Part shown: one piece after another, positions 21,815-33,242 of the stretch
Numbering within the stretch: the first letter of the stretch is position 1
Layout of the letters: each line of letters begins with the position of its first letter
Origin: Escherichia coli
Lineage (GTDB): Bacteria > Pseudomonadota > Gammaproteobacteria > Enterobacterales > Enterobacteriaceae
DNA: 64,000 nucleotides
Strand: one strand, 5' to 3'
NCBI RefSeq assembly: GCF_044324785.1
Contig: NZ_CP172127.1
The notes under the pieces: model-generated
What the model saw: the letters and a program-made list of their open reading frames with translations, nothing else
Database searches by the model: none
What the model was told of the DNA's origin: nothing
Made by a program: the position numbers and the translations under genes

Positions 21815-21989
21815 GACGCCACCGATAACCGTTATTTATCAGACCAAAGAAACTGGCATCTACTTTAATGCAGATGATTGTGTCAGGGTAATTTATGAAC
21901 GGTTAAAACTGTGAAAAATCAGTTAGTGATAAGTAAAAACTATCGCTACGTGAACCGGGTCACACTTTTTACTGATGACGGGAAAGGTT

Positions 21990-23300
21990 ATGGAGTCTTT
22001 GAATCAATTTATTAATTCGCTTGCCCCAAAATTATCGCACTGGCGACGTGATTTTCACCACTATGCAGAGTCTGGCTGGGTGGAATTCCGCACTGCCACC
22101 CTTGTTGCGGAAGAATTGCACCAGCTCGGTTATTCACTGGCGCTGGGCCGCGAAGTAGTTAATGAAAGTAGCCGGATGGGATTACCTGATGAATTCACTC
22201 TACAACGCGAATTCGAGCGCGCTCGTCAACAGGGTGCGCTAGAACAATGGATTGCGGCTTTTGAAGGCGGTTTCACTGGCATCGTCGCTACCCTGGATAC
22301 CGGTCGCCCCGGTCCGGTGATGGCTTTCCGTGTCGATATGGACGCGCTGGATCTCAGTGAAGAACGGGATGTCAGCCATCGCCCCTATCGCGACGGTTTT
22401 GCGTCATGTAACGCCGGAATGATGCATGCCTGTGGTCATGATGGACATACCGCCATTGGGCTTGGGCTGGCGCATACCCTTAAACAGTTCGAGTCCGGAC
22501 TACATGGCGTCATCAAACTGATTTTTCAACCTGCAGAGGAAGGTACGCGTGGCGCGCGGGCGATGGTCGATGCAGGAGTAGTGGATGATGTTGATTATTT
22601 TACTGCCGTGCACATTGGCACTGGTGTACCTGCGGGCACAGTAGTGTGCGGCAGTGATAATTTTATGGCAACCACCAAATTTGACGCGCACTTCACCGGG
22701 ACCGCCGCTCACGCAGGCGCAAAACCAGAAGACGGTCACAATGCCTTGTTGGCGGCAGCACAAGCAACTCTTGCACTGCATGCAATCGCCCCGCACAGCG
22801 AAGGCGCTTCCAGAGTAAACGTGGGCGTTATGCAGGCAGGAAGCGGTCGTAATGTTGTTCCCGCCTCAGCGTTGCTGAAAGTGGAAACACGCGGGGCCAG
22901 CGACGTCATTAATCAATATGTTTTTGACCGTGCACAACAAGCGATTCAGGGCGCAGCAACCATGTATGGTGTCGGCGTTGAAACTCGTCTGATGGGTGCA
23001 GCTACCGCCAGTTCTCCTTCGCCGCAATGGGTCGCATGGTTGCAAAGTCAGGCAGCTCAGGTCGCCGGGGTCAATCAGGCCATTGAACGTGTTGAAGCGC
23101 CTGCGGGTTCCGAAGATGCCACATTAATGATGGCCCGCGTGCAGCAACATCAAGGGCAAGCCTCCTATATGGTGTTTGGCACACAGCTGGCGGCAGGTCA
23201 TCACAACGAAAAATTCGATTTTGACGAGCAGGTTCTCGCTATTGCCGTCGAAACGCTGGCGCGCACCGCGCTCAATTTTCCCTGGACGCGAGGTATCTGA
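21990..23300 (+). CDS. abgA: p-aminobenzoyl-glutamate hydrolase subunit A, M20 amidohydrolase (436 aa)
   Basis: ORF track 21975..23300; start set at MESLNQFINS; M20 metal-binding residues. Confidence 0.9.
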   Translation: MESLNQFINSLAPKLSHWRRDFHHYAESGWVEFRTATLVAEELHQLGYSLALGREVVNESSRMGLPDEFTLQREFERARQQGALEQWIAAFEGGFTGIVATLDTGRPGPVMAFRVDMDALDLSEERDVSHRPYRDGFASCNAGMMHACGHDGHTAIGLGLAHTLKQFESGLHGVIKLIFQPAEEGTRGARAMVDAGVVDDVDYFTAVHIGTGVPAGTVVCGSDNFMATTKFDAHFTGTAAHAGAKPEDGHNALLAAAQATLALHAIAPHSEGASRVNVGVMQAGSGRNVVPASALLKVETRGASDVINQYVFDRAQQAIQGAATMYGVGVETRLMGAATASSPSPQWVAWLQSQAAQVAGVNQAIERVEAPAGSEDATLMMARVQQHQGQASYMVFGTQLAAGHHNEKFDFDEQVLAIAVETLARTALNFPWTRGI

Positions 23301-24745
23301 TGCAGGAAATCTATCGTTTTATCGACGATGCGATTGAAGCCGATCGCCAACGTTATACCGATATTGCCGATCAAATCTGGGATCATCCAGAAACACGTTT
23401 TGAAGAGTTCTGGTCAGCGGAGCATCTGGCTTCGGCGCTGGAGTCTGCAGGCTTCACCGTTACCCGCAACGTAGGCAATATCCCAAATGCCTTTATTGCT
23501 TCGTTTGGTCAAGGCAAACCGGTTATCGCCCTGCTGGGGGAATATGACGCCCTGGCAGGTTTAAGTCAGCAAGCCGGTTGCGCGCAACCTACATCCGCGA
23601 CGCCCGGTGAAAATGGTCACGGTTGCGGACACAATTTGCTGGGAACCGCCGCCTTTGCCGCAGCAATAGCCGTCAAGAAATGGCTGGAACAATATGGGCA
23701 AGGCGGCACGGTGCGCTTTTATGGTTGTCCTGGCGAAGAAGGCGGCTCGGGTAAAACGTTCATGGTCCGCGAGGGGGTATTTGATGATGTGGATGCGGCA
23801 CTCACCTGGCACCCGGAAGCCTTTGCCGGTATGTTCAATACCCGCACGCTGGCAAACATTCAGGCATCATGGCGCTTTAAAGGGATCGCAGCACATGCCG
23901 CGAACTCCCCTCATTTGGGACGCAGCGCCCTTGATGCCGTAACGTTGATGACCACTGGCACCAACTTCCTCAACGAACATATTATTGAAAAAGCGCGCGT
24001 ACACTATGCCATCACAGATAGCGGCGGGATCTCGCCCAACGTGGTCCAGGCGCAGGCAGAAGTGCTTTATCTTATCCGCGCCCCCGAAATGACCGATGTG
24101 CAGCATATTTATGATCGGGTCGCCAAAATCGCCGAAGGTGCGGCATTGATGACCGAAACCACGGTTGAATGCCGCTTCGACAAAGCCTGTTCCAGTTATC
24201 TCCCGAATCGCACCTTAGAAAATGCCATGTACCAGGCCCTATCCCATTTTGGTACCCCGGAATGGAACTGCGAAGAACTGGCTTTTGCGAAACAAATTCA
24301 GGCTACGCTCACCTCCAACGATCGGCAAAACAGTCTGAATAATATCGCCGCAACCGGTGGCGAAAACGGCAAGGTTTTTGCACTACGTCATCGTGAAACG
24401 ATACTGGCGAATGAAGTCGCTCCATATGCCGCCACCGATAACGTGCTTGCGGCATCGACTGATGTCGGCGACGTCAGTTGGAAACTGCCTGTTGCCCAGT
24501 GTTTCAGCCCCTGTTTTGCCGTCGGTACACCGCTACATACGTGGCAACTGGTTAGCCAGGGGCGAACATCTATTGCTCATAAAGGAATGCTGCTGGCGGC
24601 GAAAACTATGGCAGCAACCACAGTCAATCTCTTCATTGATTCAGGGCTATTGCAAGAATGCCAACAAGAGCATCAGCAAGTTACGGACACGCAACCGTAT
24701 CACTGCCCTATCCCGAAAAACGTGACACCGTCACCTTTAAAATAA
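23300..24745 (+). CDS. abgB: p-aminobenzoyl-glutamate hydrolase subunit B (481 aa)
   Basis: 481 aa; start overlaps abgA stop by 1 nt; motif GHGCGHNLLG. Confidence 0.9.
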   Translation: MQEIYRFIDDAIEADRQRYTDIADQIWDHPETRFEEFWSAEHLASALESAGFTVTRNVGNIPNAFIASFGQGKPVIALLGEYDALAGLSQQAGCAQPTSATPGENGHGCGHNLLGTAAFAAAIAVKKWLEQYGQGGTVRFYGCPGEEGGSGKTFMVREGVFDDVDAALTWHPEAFAGMFNTRTLANIQASWRFKGIAAHAANSPHLGRSALDAVTLMTTGTNFLNEHIIEKARVHYAITDSGGISPNVVQAQAEVLYLIRAPEMTDVQHIYDRVAKIAEGAALMTETTVECRFDKACSSYLPNRTLENAMYQALSHFGTPEWNCEELAFAKQIQATLTSNDRQNSLNNIAATGGENGKVFALRHRETILANEVAPYAATDNVLAASTDVGDVSWKLPVAQCFSPCFAVGTPLHTWQLVSQGRTSIAHKGMLLAAKTMAATTVNLFIDSGLLQECQQEHQQVTDTQPYHCPIPKNVTPSPLK

Positions 24746-24781
24746 CAACAACAACGCAAACACAACAAACGAGGAATGCCC

Positions 24782-26308
24782 ATGAGTATGTCATCCATAC
24801 CGTCGTCCTCCCAATCCGGGAAGCTCTATGGCTGGGTCGAAAGAATTGGTAACAAGGTTCCCCATCCTTTTTTGCTCTTTATCTATTTGATTATCGTACT
24901 CATGGTGACGACGGCAATTTTGTCGGCCTTTGGCGTCAGTGCGAAAAACCCGACCGATGGTACGCCGGTGGTCGTGAAAAACCTGCTCAGTGTGGAAGGA
25001 TTACACTGGTTTTTACCCAATGTGATTAAAAACTTTAGCGGTTTTGCTCCACTTGGTGCGATCCTGGCGCTGGTTTTAGGTGCCGGCCTAGCGGAGCGCG
25101 TCGGCTTACTGCCAGCGCTAATGGTTAAAATGGCATCGCATGTGAATGCCCGCTACGCCAGTTATATGGTGCTGTTTATTGCTTTTTTCAGCCACATTTC
25201 TTCCGATGCGGCGTTAGTGATCATGCCACCGATGGGTGCGCTAATTTTTCTGGCGGTGGGCAGGCATCCAGTTGCAGGTTTACTGGCCGCCATTGCAGGC
25301 GTAGGTTGCGGCTTTACGGCTAATTTACTGATTGTCACAACCGACGTGTTGCTGTCGGGGATCAGCACGGAGGCTGCGGCTGCGTTCAATCCGCAAATGC
25401 ACGTCAGTGTAATTGATAACTGGTATTTTATGGCCAGCTCCGTAGTCGTACTGACGATTGTTGGCGGCCTGATAACCGACAAAATCATTGAGCCACGTTT
25501 AGGTCAATGGCAGGGAAACAGCGATGAGAAACTGCAGACATTAACCGAAAGTCAGCGTTTTGGTTTACGCATAGCAGGTGTCGTATCGCTACTTTTTATT
25601 GCTGCGATTGCGCTGATGGTGATCCCGGAAAACGGGATATTGCGCGATCCGATTAATCACACCGTGATGCCATCCCCCTTTATTAAAGGTATCGTGCCAC
25701 TGATCATTCTTTTTTTCTTTGTGGTCTCGCTGGCTTATGGCATCGCTACCCGCACAATTCGACGTCAGGCGGATTTACCGCATTTAATGATTGAACCGAT
25801 GAAAGAGATGGCGGGATTTATCGTGATGGTTTTTCCCCTCGCCCAGTTTGTCGCCATGTTTAACTGGAGCAACATGGGGAAATTCATCGCCGTGGGGCTG
25901 ACCGATATACTGGAAAGTTCAGGGCTTAGCGGCATCCCGGCGTTTGTCGGTCTGGCGTTGCTTTCCTCTTTCTTATGCATGTTTATCGCCAGCGGTTCCG
26001 CAATCTGGTCGATTCTGGCCCCCATTTTCGTACCGATGTTTATGCTACTTGGCTTTCACCCGGCATTTGCGCAAATCCTCTTTCGTATTGCCGACTCATC
26101 CGTATTGCCTTTAGCGCCGGTATCTCCTTTTGTTCCACTGTTTCTTGGATTCCTGCAACGTTACAAACCAGACGCGAAACTGGGTACTTACTATTCGTTA
26201 GTTTTGCCCTATCCACTTATCTTTTTGGTGGTATGGCTGCTGATGTTGCTGGCGTGGTATCTTGTTGGCTTGCCGATAGGTCCGGGTATTTACCCACGTT
26301 TGTCTTAA
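24782..26308 (+). CDS. abgT: p-aminobenzoyl-glutamate transporter AbgT (508 aa)
   Basis: Polytopic membrane protein; ORF track 24776..26308 trimmed to MSMSSIPSS. Confidence 0.9.
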   Translation: MSMSSIPSSSQSGKLYGWVERIGNKVPHPFLLFIYLIIVLMVTTAILSAFGVSAKNPTDGTPVVVKNLLSVEGLHWFLPNVIKNFSGFAPLGAILALVLGAGLAERVGLLPALMVKMASHVNARYASYMVLFIAFFSHISSDAALVIMPPMGALIFLAVGRHPVAGLLAAIAGVGCGFTANLLIVTTDVLLSGISTEAAAAFNPQMHVSVIDNWYFMASSVVVLTIVGGLITDKIIEPRLGQWQGNSDEKLQTLTESQRFGLRIAGVVSLLFIAAIALMVIPENGILRDPINHTVMPSPFIKGIVPLIILFFFVVSLAYGIATRTIRRQADLPHLMIEPMKEMAGFIVMVFPLAQFVAMFNWSNMGKFIAVGLTDILESSGLSGIPAFVGLALLSSFLCMFIASGSAIWSILAPIFVPMFMLLGFHPAFAQILFRIADSSVLPLAPVSPFVPLFLGFLQRYKPDAKLGTYYSLVLPYPLIFLVVWLLMLLAWYLVGLPIGPGIYPRLS

Positions 26309-26318
26309 GAGAGAACGG

Positions 26319-26834
26319 ATGCTGAGATTACTTGAAGAAAAAATTGCCACGCCACTGGGTCCACTGAGGGTGATTTGCGATGAGCAATTTCGCCTGCGGG
26401 CGGTTGAATGGGAAGAGTACAGCGAACGCATGGTGCAGCTGCTGGACATCCATTATCGCAAAGAAGGCTATGAGCGCATTTCTGCCACCAACCCAGGTGG
26501 TTTAAGCGACAAGCTTCGTGAATATTTTGCCGGTAATCTTAGCATTATTGATACGCTTCCCACTGCCACGGGGGGGACGCCATTTCAGCGCGAAGTCTGG
26601 AAAACACTGCGCACTATCCCCTGCGGGCAGGTAATGCATTATGGCCAACTGGCTGAACAATTAGGCCGCCCAGGCGCGGCGCGTGCCGTTGGTGCGGCAA
26701 ACGGATCGAATCCCATCAGCATCGTCGTACCTTGCCATCGGGTTATTGGCCGAAACGGCACCATGACCGGATATGCAGGCGGAGTTCAGCGAAAAGAGTG
26801 GTTATTGCGCCACGAAGGTTATCTTTTGCTGTAA
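26319..26834 (+). CDS. ogt: O6-alkylguanine-DNA alkyltransferase Ogt (171 aa)
   Basis: 171 aa; active-site motif PCHRV ([10 protein letters not shown]). Confidence 0.95.
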   Translation: MLRLLEEKIATPLGPLRVICDEQFRLRAVEWEEYSERMVQLLDIHYRKEGYERISATNPGGLSDKLREYFAGNLSIIDTLPTATGGTPFQREVWKTLRTIPCGQVMHYGQLAEQLGRPGAARAVGAANGSNPISIVVPCHRVIGRNGTMTGYAGGVQRKEWLLRHEGYLLL

Positions 26835-26995
26835 ACATTAAACAATTTGTGCCAGCTTGTTCACACTTTTATGTAAAGTCACCCTTAACAACTTAAGGGT
26901 TTTCAAATAGATAGACATATATTTACATCTAATATCGGAATTCTCTGCTGTTAAGGTTTGCTTAGACTTACTTGCTCCCTAAAAAGATGTTAAAA

Positions 26996-27009
26996 TTGAC
27001 AAATATCAA
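26996..27009 (+). promoter_or_regulatory. FNR box at the fnr promoter (autoregulation site)
   Basis: TTGACaaatATCAA, 20 bp upstream of the fnr ATG. Confidence 0.7.
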
Positions 27010-27028
27010 TTACGGCTTGAGCAGACCT

Positions 27029-27781
27029 ATGATCCCGGAAAAGCGAATTATACGGCGCATTCAGTCTGGCGGTTGTGCTATCCATTGCCAGGATTGCAGC
27101 ATCAGCCAGCTTTGCATCCCGTTCACACTCAACGAACATGAGCTTGATCAGCTTGATAATATCATTGAGCGGAAGAAGCCTATTCAGAAAGGCCAGACGC
27201 TGTTTAAGGCTGGTGATGAACTTAAATCGCTTTATGCCATCCGCTCCGGTACGATTAAAAGTTATACCATAACTGAGCAAGGCGACGAGCAAATCACTGG
27301 TTTCCATTTAGCAGGCGACCTGGTGGGATTTGACGCCATCGGCAGCGGCCATCACCCGAGCTTCGCGCAGGCCCTGGAAACCTCGATGGTATGTGAAATC
27401 CCGTTCGAAACGCTGGACGATTTGTCCGGTAAAATGCCGAATCTGCGTCAGCAGATGATGCGTCTGATGAGCGGTGAAATCAAAGGCGATCAGGACATGA
27501 TCCTGCTGTTGTCGAAGAAAAATGCCGAGGAACGTCTGGCTGCATTCATCTACAACCTGTCCCGTCGTTTTGCCCAACGCGGCTTCTCCCCTCGTGAATT
27601 CCGCCTGACGATGACTCGTGGCGATATCGGTAACTATCTGGGCCTGACGGTAGAAACCATCAGCCGTCTGCTGGGTCGCTTCCAGAAAAGCGGTATGCTG
27701 GCAGTCAAAGGTAAATACATCACCATCGAAAATAACGATGCGCTGGCCCAGCTTGCTGGTCATACGCGTAACGTTGCCTGA
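27029..27781 (+). CDS. fnr: global anaerobic regulator FNR (250 aa)
   Basis: ORF track 26972..27781; start set at [10 protein letters not shown]; Fe-S cysteine cluster CAIHCQDC; CRP-family HTH. Confidence 0.95.
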
Positions 27782-27932
27782 TTTTTCCGCATAACTCACT
27801 ATCCTTCTGTCATATCATTAAATTTTTCTGATTTATTGATCTGACAGAAGGTTCATCACTGTTTCATTCACCAGATATGGGTTAATCTTTTAATTACAAA
27901 CTGCGTTGACAGTTGTTGTAAGGAGACCCTGT

Positions 27933-28883
27933 ATGGCTATGTATCAGAACATGCTCGTTGTTATCGATCCTAACCAGGACGACCAACCAGCATTGCGGCG
28001 AGCTGTTTATTTACATCAACGGATTGGTGGCAAAATTAAAGCCTTTTTGCCGATCTATGACTTCTCATACGAAATGACCACCCTGCTCTCTCCGGACGAA
28101 CGTACCGCTATGCGTCAGGGCGTCATCAGCCAGCGTACAGCCTGGATCCACGAGCAGGCAAAATATTATCTCAATGCTGGCGTTCCCATTGAAATTAAAG
28201 TGGTCTGGCATAACCGTCCTTTCGAAGCCATCATTCAGGAAGTGATCAGCGGCGGGCACGATTTGGTGCTAAAAATGGCGCACCAACATGACCGTCTGGA
28301 AGCGGTGATTTTTACGCCAACGGACTGGCATCTGTTACGCAAATGCCCAAGCCCGGTGTGGATGGTGAAAGACCAGCCGTGGCCGGAAGGGGGTAAGGCG
28401 CTGGTGGCGGTGAATCTCGCCAGTGAAGAGCCGTATCATAATGCGCTCAATGAAAAACTGGTCAAAGAGACGATCGAACTGGCGGAACAAGTCAACCATA
28501 CCGAAGTTCATCTGGTTGGCGCTTATCCGGTAACGCCAATTAATATCGCGATTGAACTGCCGGAATTTGATCCGAGCGTTTATAACGATGCCATTCGTGG
28601 GCAACATTTGCTGGCAATGAAAGCCCTGCGGCAGAAATTCGGCATTAATGAAAACATGACGCACGTAGAAAAAGGTCTGCCAGAAGAGGTGATTCCTGAT
28701 TTGGCGGAGCATTTACAGGCGGGGATTGTGGTTCTGGGCACGGTCGGACGCACCGGTATTTCAGCGGCATTCCTCGGCAACACGGCGGAACAGGTGATTG
28801 ATCATCTTCGCTGCGACCTGCTGGTCATTAAACCTGACCAGTATCAGACACCCGTTGAACTGGATGACGAAGAAGACGATTAA
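27933..28883 (+). CDS. uspE: tandem-domain universal stress protein UspE (316 aa)
   Basis: ORF track 27906..28883 trimmed to [10 protein letters not shown]; two Usp domains. Confidence 0.9.
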   Translation: MAMYQNMLVVIDPNQDDQPALRRAVYLHQRIGGKIKAFLPIYDFSYEMTTLLSPDERTAMRQGVISQRTAWIHEQAKYYLNAGVPIEIKVVWHNRPFEAIIQEVISGGHDLVLKMAHQHDRLEAVIFTPTDWHLLRKCPSPVWMVKDQPWPEGGKALVAVNLASEEPYHNALNEKLVKETIELAEQVNHTEVHLVGAYPVTPINIAIELPEFDPSVYNDAIRGQHLLAMKALRQKFGINENMTHVEKGLPEEVIPDLAEHLQAGIVVLGTVGRTGISAAFLGNTAEQVIDHLRCDLLVIKPDQYQTPVELDDEEDD

Positions 28884-28903
28884 CGACTCTTCAATAACTG
28901 ACA

Positions 28904-28930
28904 AGGCCCGAGTTATCGGGCCTATTTTTT
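28904..28930. terminator. terminator hairpin between convergent uspE and ynaJ
   Basis: aggcccga gtta tcgggcct followed by attttttt. Confidence 0.65.
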
Positions 28931-28932
28931 AC

Positions 28933-29190
28933 TTACTGCTCTTCGCCGCCAAGGAAATAAATTCCCAACGGGATTGCCAGCAACACAGTAAAGACCAGGC
29001 TATAAACAAAAATCATCGATGACTGAATCACATACATTGATGTCGTCCACTCAGACAGCGGAATATTGTACTGTTCTATCACGCCGCCGATGGTCGCGCG
29101 AGTCACAACCGACGCCGCAATAATGAAAACCGCCAACAAACCAAAGAGAAATTTCTTCCCTTTCGCTGACTTCAGTTTCGCCATAATCAT
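28933..29190 (-). CDS. ynaJ: small membrane protein YnaJ (85 aa)
   Basis: 85 aa with two hydrophobic helices. Confidence 0.8.
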   Translation of the reverse strand: MIMAKLKSAKGKKFLFGLLAVFIIAASVVTRATIGGVIEQYNIPLSEWTTSMYVIQSSMIFVYSLVFTVLLAIPLGIYFLGGEEQ

Positions 29191-29433
29191 GATGTAATCC
29201 TTGTGCAGACAAATTTCTTGTTACCTAAACGTAACAATACCATGACATTTTACCGTTGTCTGCTCTGAAAACCTTACCTCTTAGCTGGATTTACAATCAA
29301 CGCATTGATTAGTTAGCTAATGTTGCTACTTCCTTCCCTGACTATTGATGATCTGAATGAATTGTCGCGGTAAAATAGCCCCGCCAGGGGTTTCCGGCAT
29401 GACGACAATTATCTGGAGGAGCCTGATAAAACA

Positions 29434-30465
29434 ATGATCGCTGAACTGTTTACAAATAATGCGCTTAATCTGGTCATTATTTTCGGTAGCTGCGCAGCAT
29501 TGATTCTGATGAGCTTTTGGTTTCGCCGCGGAAATCGTAAAAGAAAAGGTTTTTTATTCCATGCGGTGCAATTTTTAATCTACACCATAATTATCAGTGC
29601 TGTTGGTAGCATCATTAATTATGTTATAGAAAACTATAAACTCAAATTTATCACCCCAGGCGTTATCGATTTTATCTGTACGTCCCTGATTGCGGTTATT
29701 CTGACGATTAAGCTATTTCTGCTGATTAATCAGTTTGAAAAACAGCAGATTAAAAAAGGTCGCGATATCACCAGTGCGCGGATTATGTCGCGTATCATCA
29801 AAATCACCATTATTGTGGTGCTTGTTCTGCTTTATGGCGAACATTTCGGCATGAGCCTTTCTGGCTTGTTGACCTTTGGTGGTATTGGTGGTCTGGCTGT
29901 CGGTATGGCCGGTAAAGATATTCTGAGTAACTTCTTTTCCGGGATTATGCTCTATTTCGACCGTCCTTTTAGTATTGGCGACTGGATCCGTTCACCGGAC
30001 AGAAATATCGAAGGTACAGTAGCGGAAATTGGCTGGCGAATTACCAAAATTACGACCTTTGATAATCGTCCATTGTACGTACCGAACTCGCTGTTTTCGT
30101 CAATCAGCGTAGAAAACCCTGGACGAATGACCAACCGGCGCATTACCACGACCATTGGTTTACGTTATGAGGATGCGGCAAAAGTGGGCGCTATTGTCGA
30201 AGCCGTACGTGAGATGCTGAAAAATCACCCGGCCATCGACCAGCGACAAACCCTACTGGTTTATTTCAACCAGTTTGCTGACTCTTCATTGAATATTATG
30301 GTTTATTGCTTTACCAAAACCACGGTATGGGCTGAATGGCTTGCTGCACAGCAAGACGTTTATTTGAAGATTATCGATATTGTACAGTCACACGACGCGG
30401 ACTTTGCCTTCCCCAGCCAGACGCTGTATATGGATAACATTACACCGCCGGACCAGGGTCGCTAA
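29434..30465 (+). CDS. ynaI: MscS-family mechanosensitive channel YnaI (343 aa)
   Basis: 343 aa; N-terminal TM helices followed by MscS beta domain. Confidence 0.9.
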   Translation: MIAELFTNNALNLVIIFGSCAALILMSFWFRRGNRKRKGFLFHAVQFLIYTIIISAVGSIINYVIENYKLKFITPGVIDFICTSLIAVILTIKLFLLINQFEKQQIKKGRDITSARIMSRIIKITIIVVLVLLYGEHFGMSLSGLLTFGGIGGLAVGMAGKDILSNFFSGIMLYFDRPFSIGDWIRSPDRNIEGTVAEIGWRITKITTFDNRPLYVPNSLFSSISVENPGRMTNRRITTTIGLRYEDAAKVGAIVEAVREMLKNHPAIDQRQTLLVYFNQFADSSLNIMVYCFTKTTVWAEWLAAQQDVYLKIIDIVQSHDADFAFPSQTLYMDNITPPDQGR

Positions 30466-30682
30466 ATCAGACATCACTGGCGTTATCCACAAGGGTAACG
30501 CCAGTTCCCATTACATCAATGCTTCACAATATACATAGTCCGACTGTACGCCACATCTTCAGGGTTATTAATGGGATAACCTTTCAGCCACGGCTTGATT
30601 AATCGTCCATTGGTATATTGATAAATTGGTGCAATCGGTGCTTGCTCCATGAGGATTTTTTCTGCCGCATTGTAATCGGCAT

Positions 30683-30691
30683 TACGCGCTT
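30683..30691. repeat. IS1 target-site duplication, left copy (TACGCGCTT)
   Basis: identical 9-mer immediately flanks both IS1 ends. Confidence 0.9.
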
Positions 30692-30746
30692 GGTGATGCT
30701 GCCAACTTACTGATTTAGTGTATGATGGTGTTTTTGAGGTGCTCCA

Positions 30747-31022
30747 GTGGCTTCTGTTTCTATCAGCTGTCCCTCCTGTTCAGCTACTGACGGGGTGGTG
30801 CGTAACGGCAAAAGCACCGCCGGACATCAGCGCTATCTCTGCTCTCACTGCCGTAAAACATGGCAACTGCAGTTCACTTACACCGCTTCTCAACCCGGTA
30901 CGCACCAGAAAATCATTGATATGGCCATGAATGGCGTTGGATGCCGGGCAACTGCCCGCATTATGGGCGTTGGCCTCAACACGATTTTACGTCACTTAAA
31001 AAACTCAGGCCGCAGTCGGTAA
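30747..31022 (+). CDS. insA: IS1 InsA (91 aa)
   Basis: [43 protein letters not shown]... zinc-finger/HTH InsA. Confidence 0.95.
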
Positions 31023-31444
31023 CCTCGCGCATACAGCCGGGCAGTGACGTCATCGTCTGCGCGGAAATGGACGAACAGTGGGGCTATGTCGGGGCTAAAT
31101 CGCGCCAGCGCTGGCTGTTTTACGCGTATGACAGTCTCCGGAAGACGGTTGTTGCGCACGTATTCGGTGAACGCACTATGGCGACGCTGGGGCGTCTTAT
31201 GAGCCTGCTGTCACCCTTTGACGTGGTGATATGGATGACGGATGGCTGGCCGCTGTATGAATCCCGCCTGAAGGGAAAGCTGCACGTAATCAGCAAGCGA
31301 TATACGCAGCGAATTGAGCGGCATAACCTGAATCTGAGGCAGCACCTGGCACGGCTGGGACGGAAGTCGCTGTCGTTTTCAAAATCGGTGGAGCTGCATG
31401 ACAAAGTCATCGGGCATTATCTGAACATAAAACACTATCAATAA
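30941..31444 (+). CDS. insB: IS1 InsB reading frame (expressed as InsAB' by -1 frameshift)
   Basis: 167-aa ORF in the -1 frame overlapping the insA 3' end. Confidence 0.9.
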
Positions 31445-31459
31445 GTTGGAGTCATTACC

Positions 31460-31468
31460 TACGCGCTT
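31460..31468. repeat. IS1 target-site duplication, right copy (TACGCGCTT)
   Basis: identical to 30683-30691. Confidence 0.9.
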
Positions 31469-32963
31469 TAACGGTATTTTCCGTTGATGCCTGGGCCAGT
31501 ACTTTGTCGTATGCCGGATTGTTAAAGCGTGAAATATTCCCTGAATGCGTTGACGTTAACAACGTAAGGAAAGTGGAGGGTTCATTATAATCCCCTACCC
31601 ATGAGGCGCGGATAACATCAAAATTGCCGGTGTTACGGCTATCGATATAGGTTTTCCATTCCTGATTCTGCAATTTAACATCTACGCCAAGGTTCTTTTT
31701 CCACATCGATGCTACAGCAATCGCAATTTTTTGATGGTTTTCTGAAGTGTTATACAAAAGCGTCAGCTTCAGCGGTTTTTGCGGACCATAACCAGCTGCG
31801 CTCAACAAAGTTTTTGCCTGCGCATTCAGTTCTTCCTGACTCATTTGTTCAAACGGCGAAGGCTCCGGCGTAAAACCGGCAGTAACATCTGGTGTAAAAT
31901 GCCACGCTGGCTTTTCCCCCGTCCCCAACACTTTTTCGGTCATCAGGCGGCGATCTATCGTCATACTTAATGCCAGGCGAACACGCTGATCGGCCGTCGG
32001 CCCTTTTTGCGTGTTAAACGCATAATAATAGGTCCCGAGCTGCGGCGGCGTATAAACCTGCCCCGGAATATCCTTCAACAGCTTCTGATACATATTTTTC
32101 GGGAAGGATTCGGTGATATCAATATCCCCCGCGAGGTAACGCTTAGTGGCTGCGGATTCCTGATTAATTGGCAAGAAGGTCACTTTTTGCAGTACCGTTT
32201 TGGCGTTATCCCAATAATGGGTATTCGGTACCACGACCAGTTTTTCATTGACTACGCGCTCTTCAAGAACATAAGCGCCATTACCGATCAGTTTTCCGGG
32301 TTTCGTCCACTCTTTAATGCTTTCTACGTTGGCTTTTTGCACCGGGAAGAAGGCAAAGTTAGCGGTTAAATTCACAAACCACGGCAACGGTTTATCAAGC
32401 TGGATTTTCAAAGTATGGGCATCAACTGCGGTGACGCCAAGCTGGTCAGGCGTGGCTTTACCATCAATAATCGCCTGTGCGTTGTTGATTCCCGCCAGCG
32501 CGGCAAACCATGCAAATGGCGACAATGTTTTTGGGTCCACCAGACGTTGCCAGCTGTAGACAAAATCTTGCGCCGTTACCGGTGTGCCATCCGCCCATTT
32601 TGCGTTATCGCGCAAGGTAAATGTCCAGATACGGTTGTCATTACTTTTCCACTGAGTCGCAACGCCGGGGACAATCTCCCCTTTCTCGTTCTGATTCACC
32701 AGTCCTTCAAACAGATCGCGAATGACCTGAATCTCTGGCAGGCCCACGGCTTTAGCGGGATCCAGCGACGCAGGTTCATCTTTAATGTGGCGCACCAACT
32801 CCTGCTTCTCTGCCAGTACTGTGCCGCTCGGAACTTCTGCAGCATACGAAAGAGAAATGCTGCTGACCAACAGCGCACAACACGTGACTGAAACAGAGTG
32901 CTTCATAAGTTTCCCTCTAACCGACATTAAAATTGATGCGTAATTATTTGTTTCGCCTTAAAG

Positions 32964-32998
32964 AAATGCAAACAACTTCCATCAAAAAAGTGACAAAG
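32964..32998. promoter_or_regulatory. conserved motif upstream of mppA (copy A); candidate operator/promoter element, possibly for PgrR(YcjZ)
   Basis: AAATGCAAACAACTTCcatCAAAAAAGTGA matches 28 of 32 positions with a copy upstream of mpaA (36954-36988). Confidence 0.45.
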
Positions 32999-33242
32999 GA
33001 AGCATCAAATGTTTTAAGTATCAATATATCAAATCAGATTTAGCGTAAATAATAGTCTCCAAAATGCGGTAAAGCACATAGAACTCCGAACACTACGTTC
33101 GGGCTTCGCACGTTCAAACCCGTTTTCGGTATCATAATCAGCATCTGTCGCCATTGTGCGAAGAATAAAAAATGACCAAAACGTTGAAAGGAACTGAGAA
33201 TACGTTAAGAGAAGAATTAAATTAATGTATCAGCAAGTAGTG

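Larger units (their letters stand above)
30692..31459 (+). mobile_element. IS1 insertion sequence (768 bp)
   Basis: Ends GGTGATGCTGCCAACTTACTGAT ... ATCAATAAGTTGGAGTCATTACC; contains insA and insB; flanked by 9-bp direct repeats. Confidence 0.95.
30516..32906 (-). pseudogene. mppA: mppA (periplasmic murein tripeptide-binding protein) interrupted by IS1; 5' part 31460..32906, 3' remnant 30516..30691
   Basis: Removing IS1 and one copy of the 9-bp duplication restores an in-frame 1614-nt ORF (537 aa) ending ...MYIVKH; as found, the ORF reads into the IS1 end and stops after ...TVKARR (483 aa from MKHSVSV). Confidence 0.85.

Noticed and set aside
26972-27028. N-terminal extensions given by the ORF track for fnr (and likewise hslJ, uspF, dgcM, abgA, abgT, uspE, mpaA, ycjG, tyrR, pspD, pspF, puuC, puuD, puuA, puuP)
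   Set aside because: Track uses the longest ORF including GTG/TTG starts; internal ATGs reproduce the known protein lengths and N-termini and have better RBS context
30718-30930. 70-aa ORF inside IS1 overlapping insA in another frame
   Set aside because: Known IS1 coding capacity is insA/insB only; this is an overlapping spurious frame
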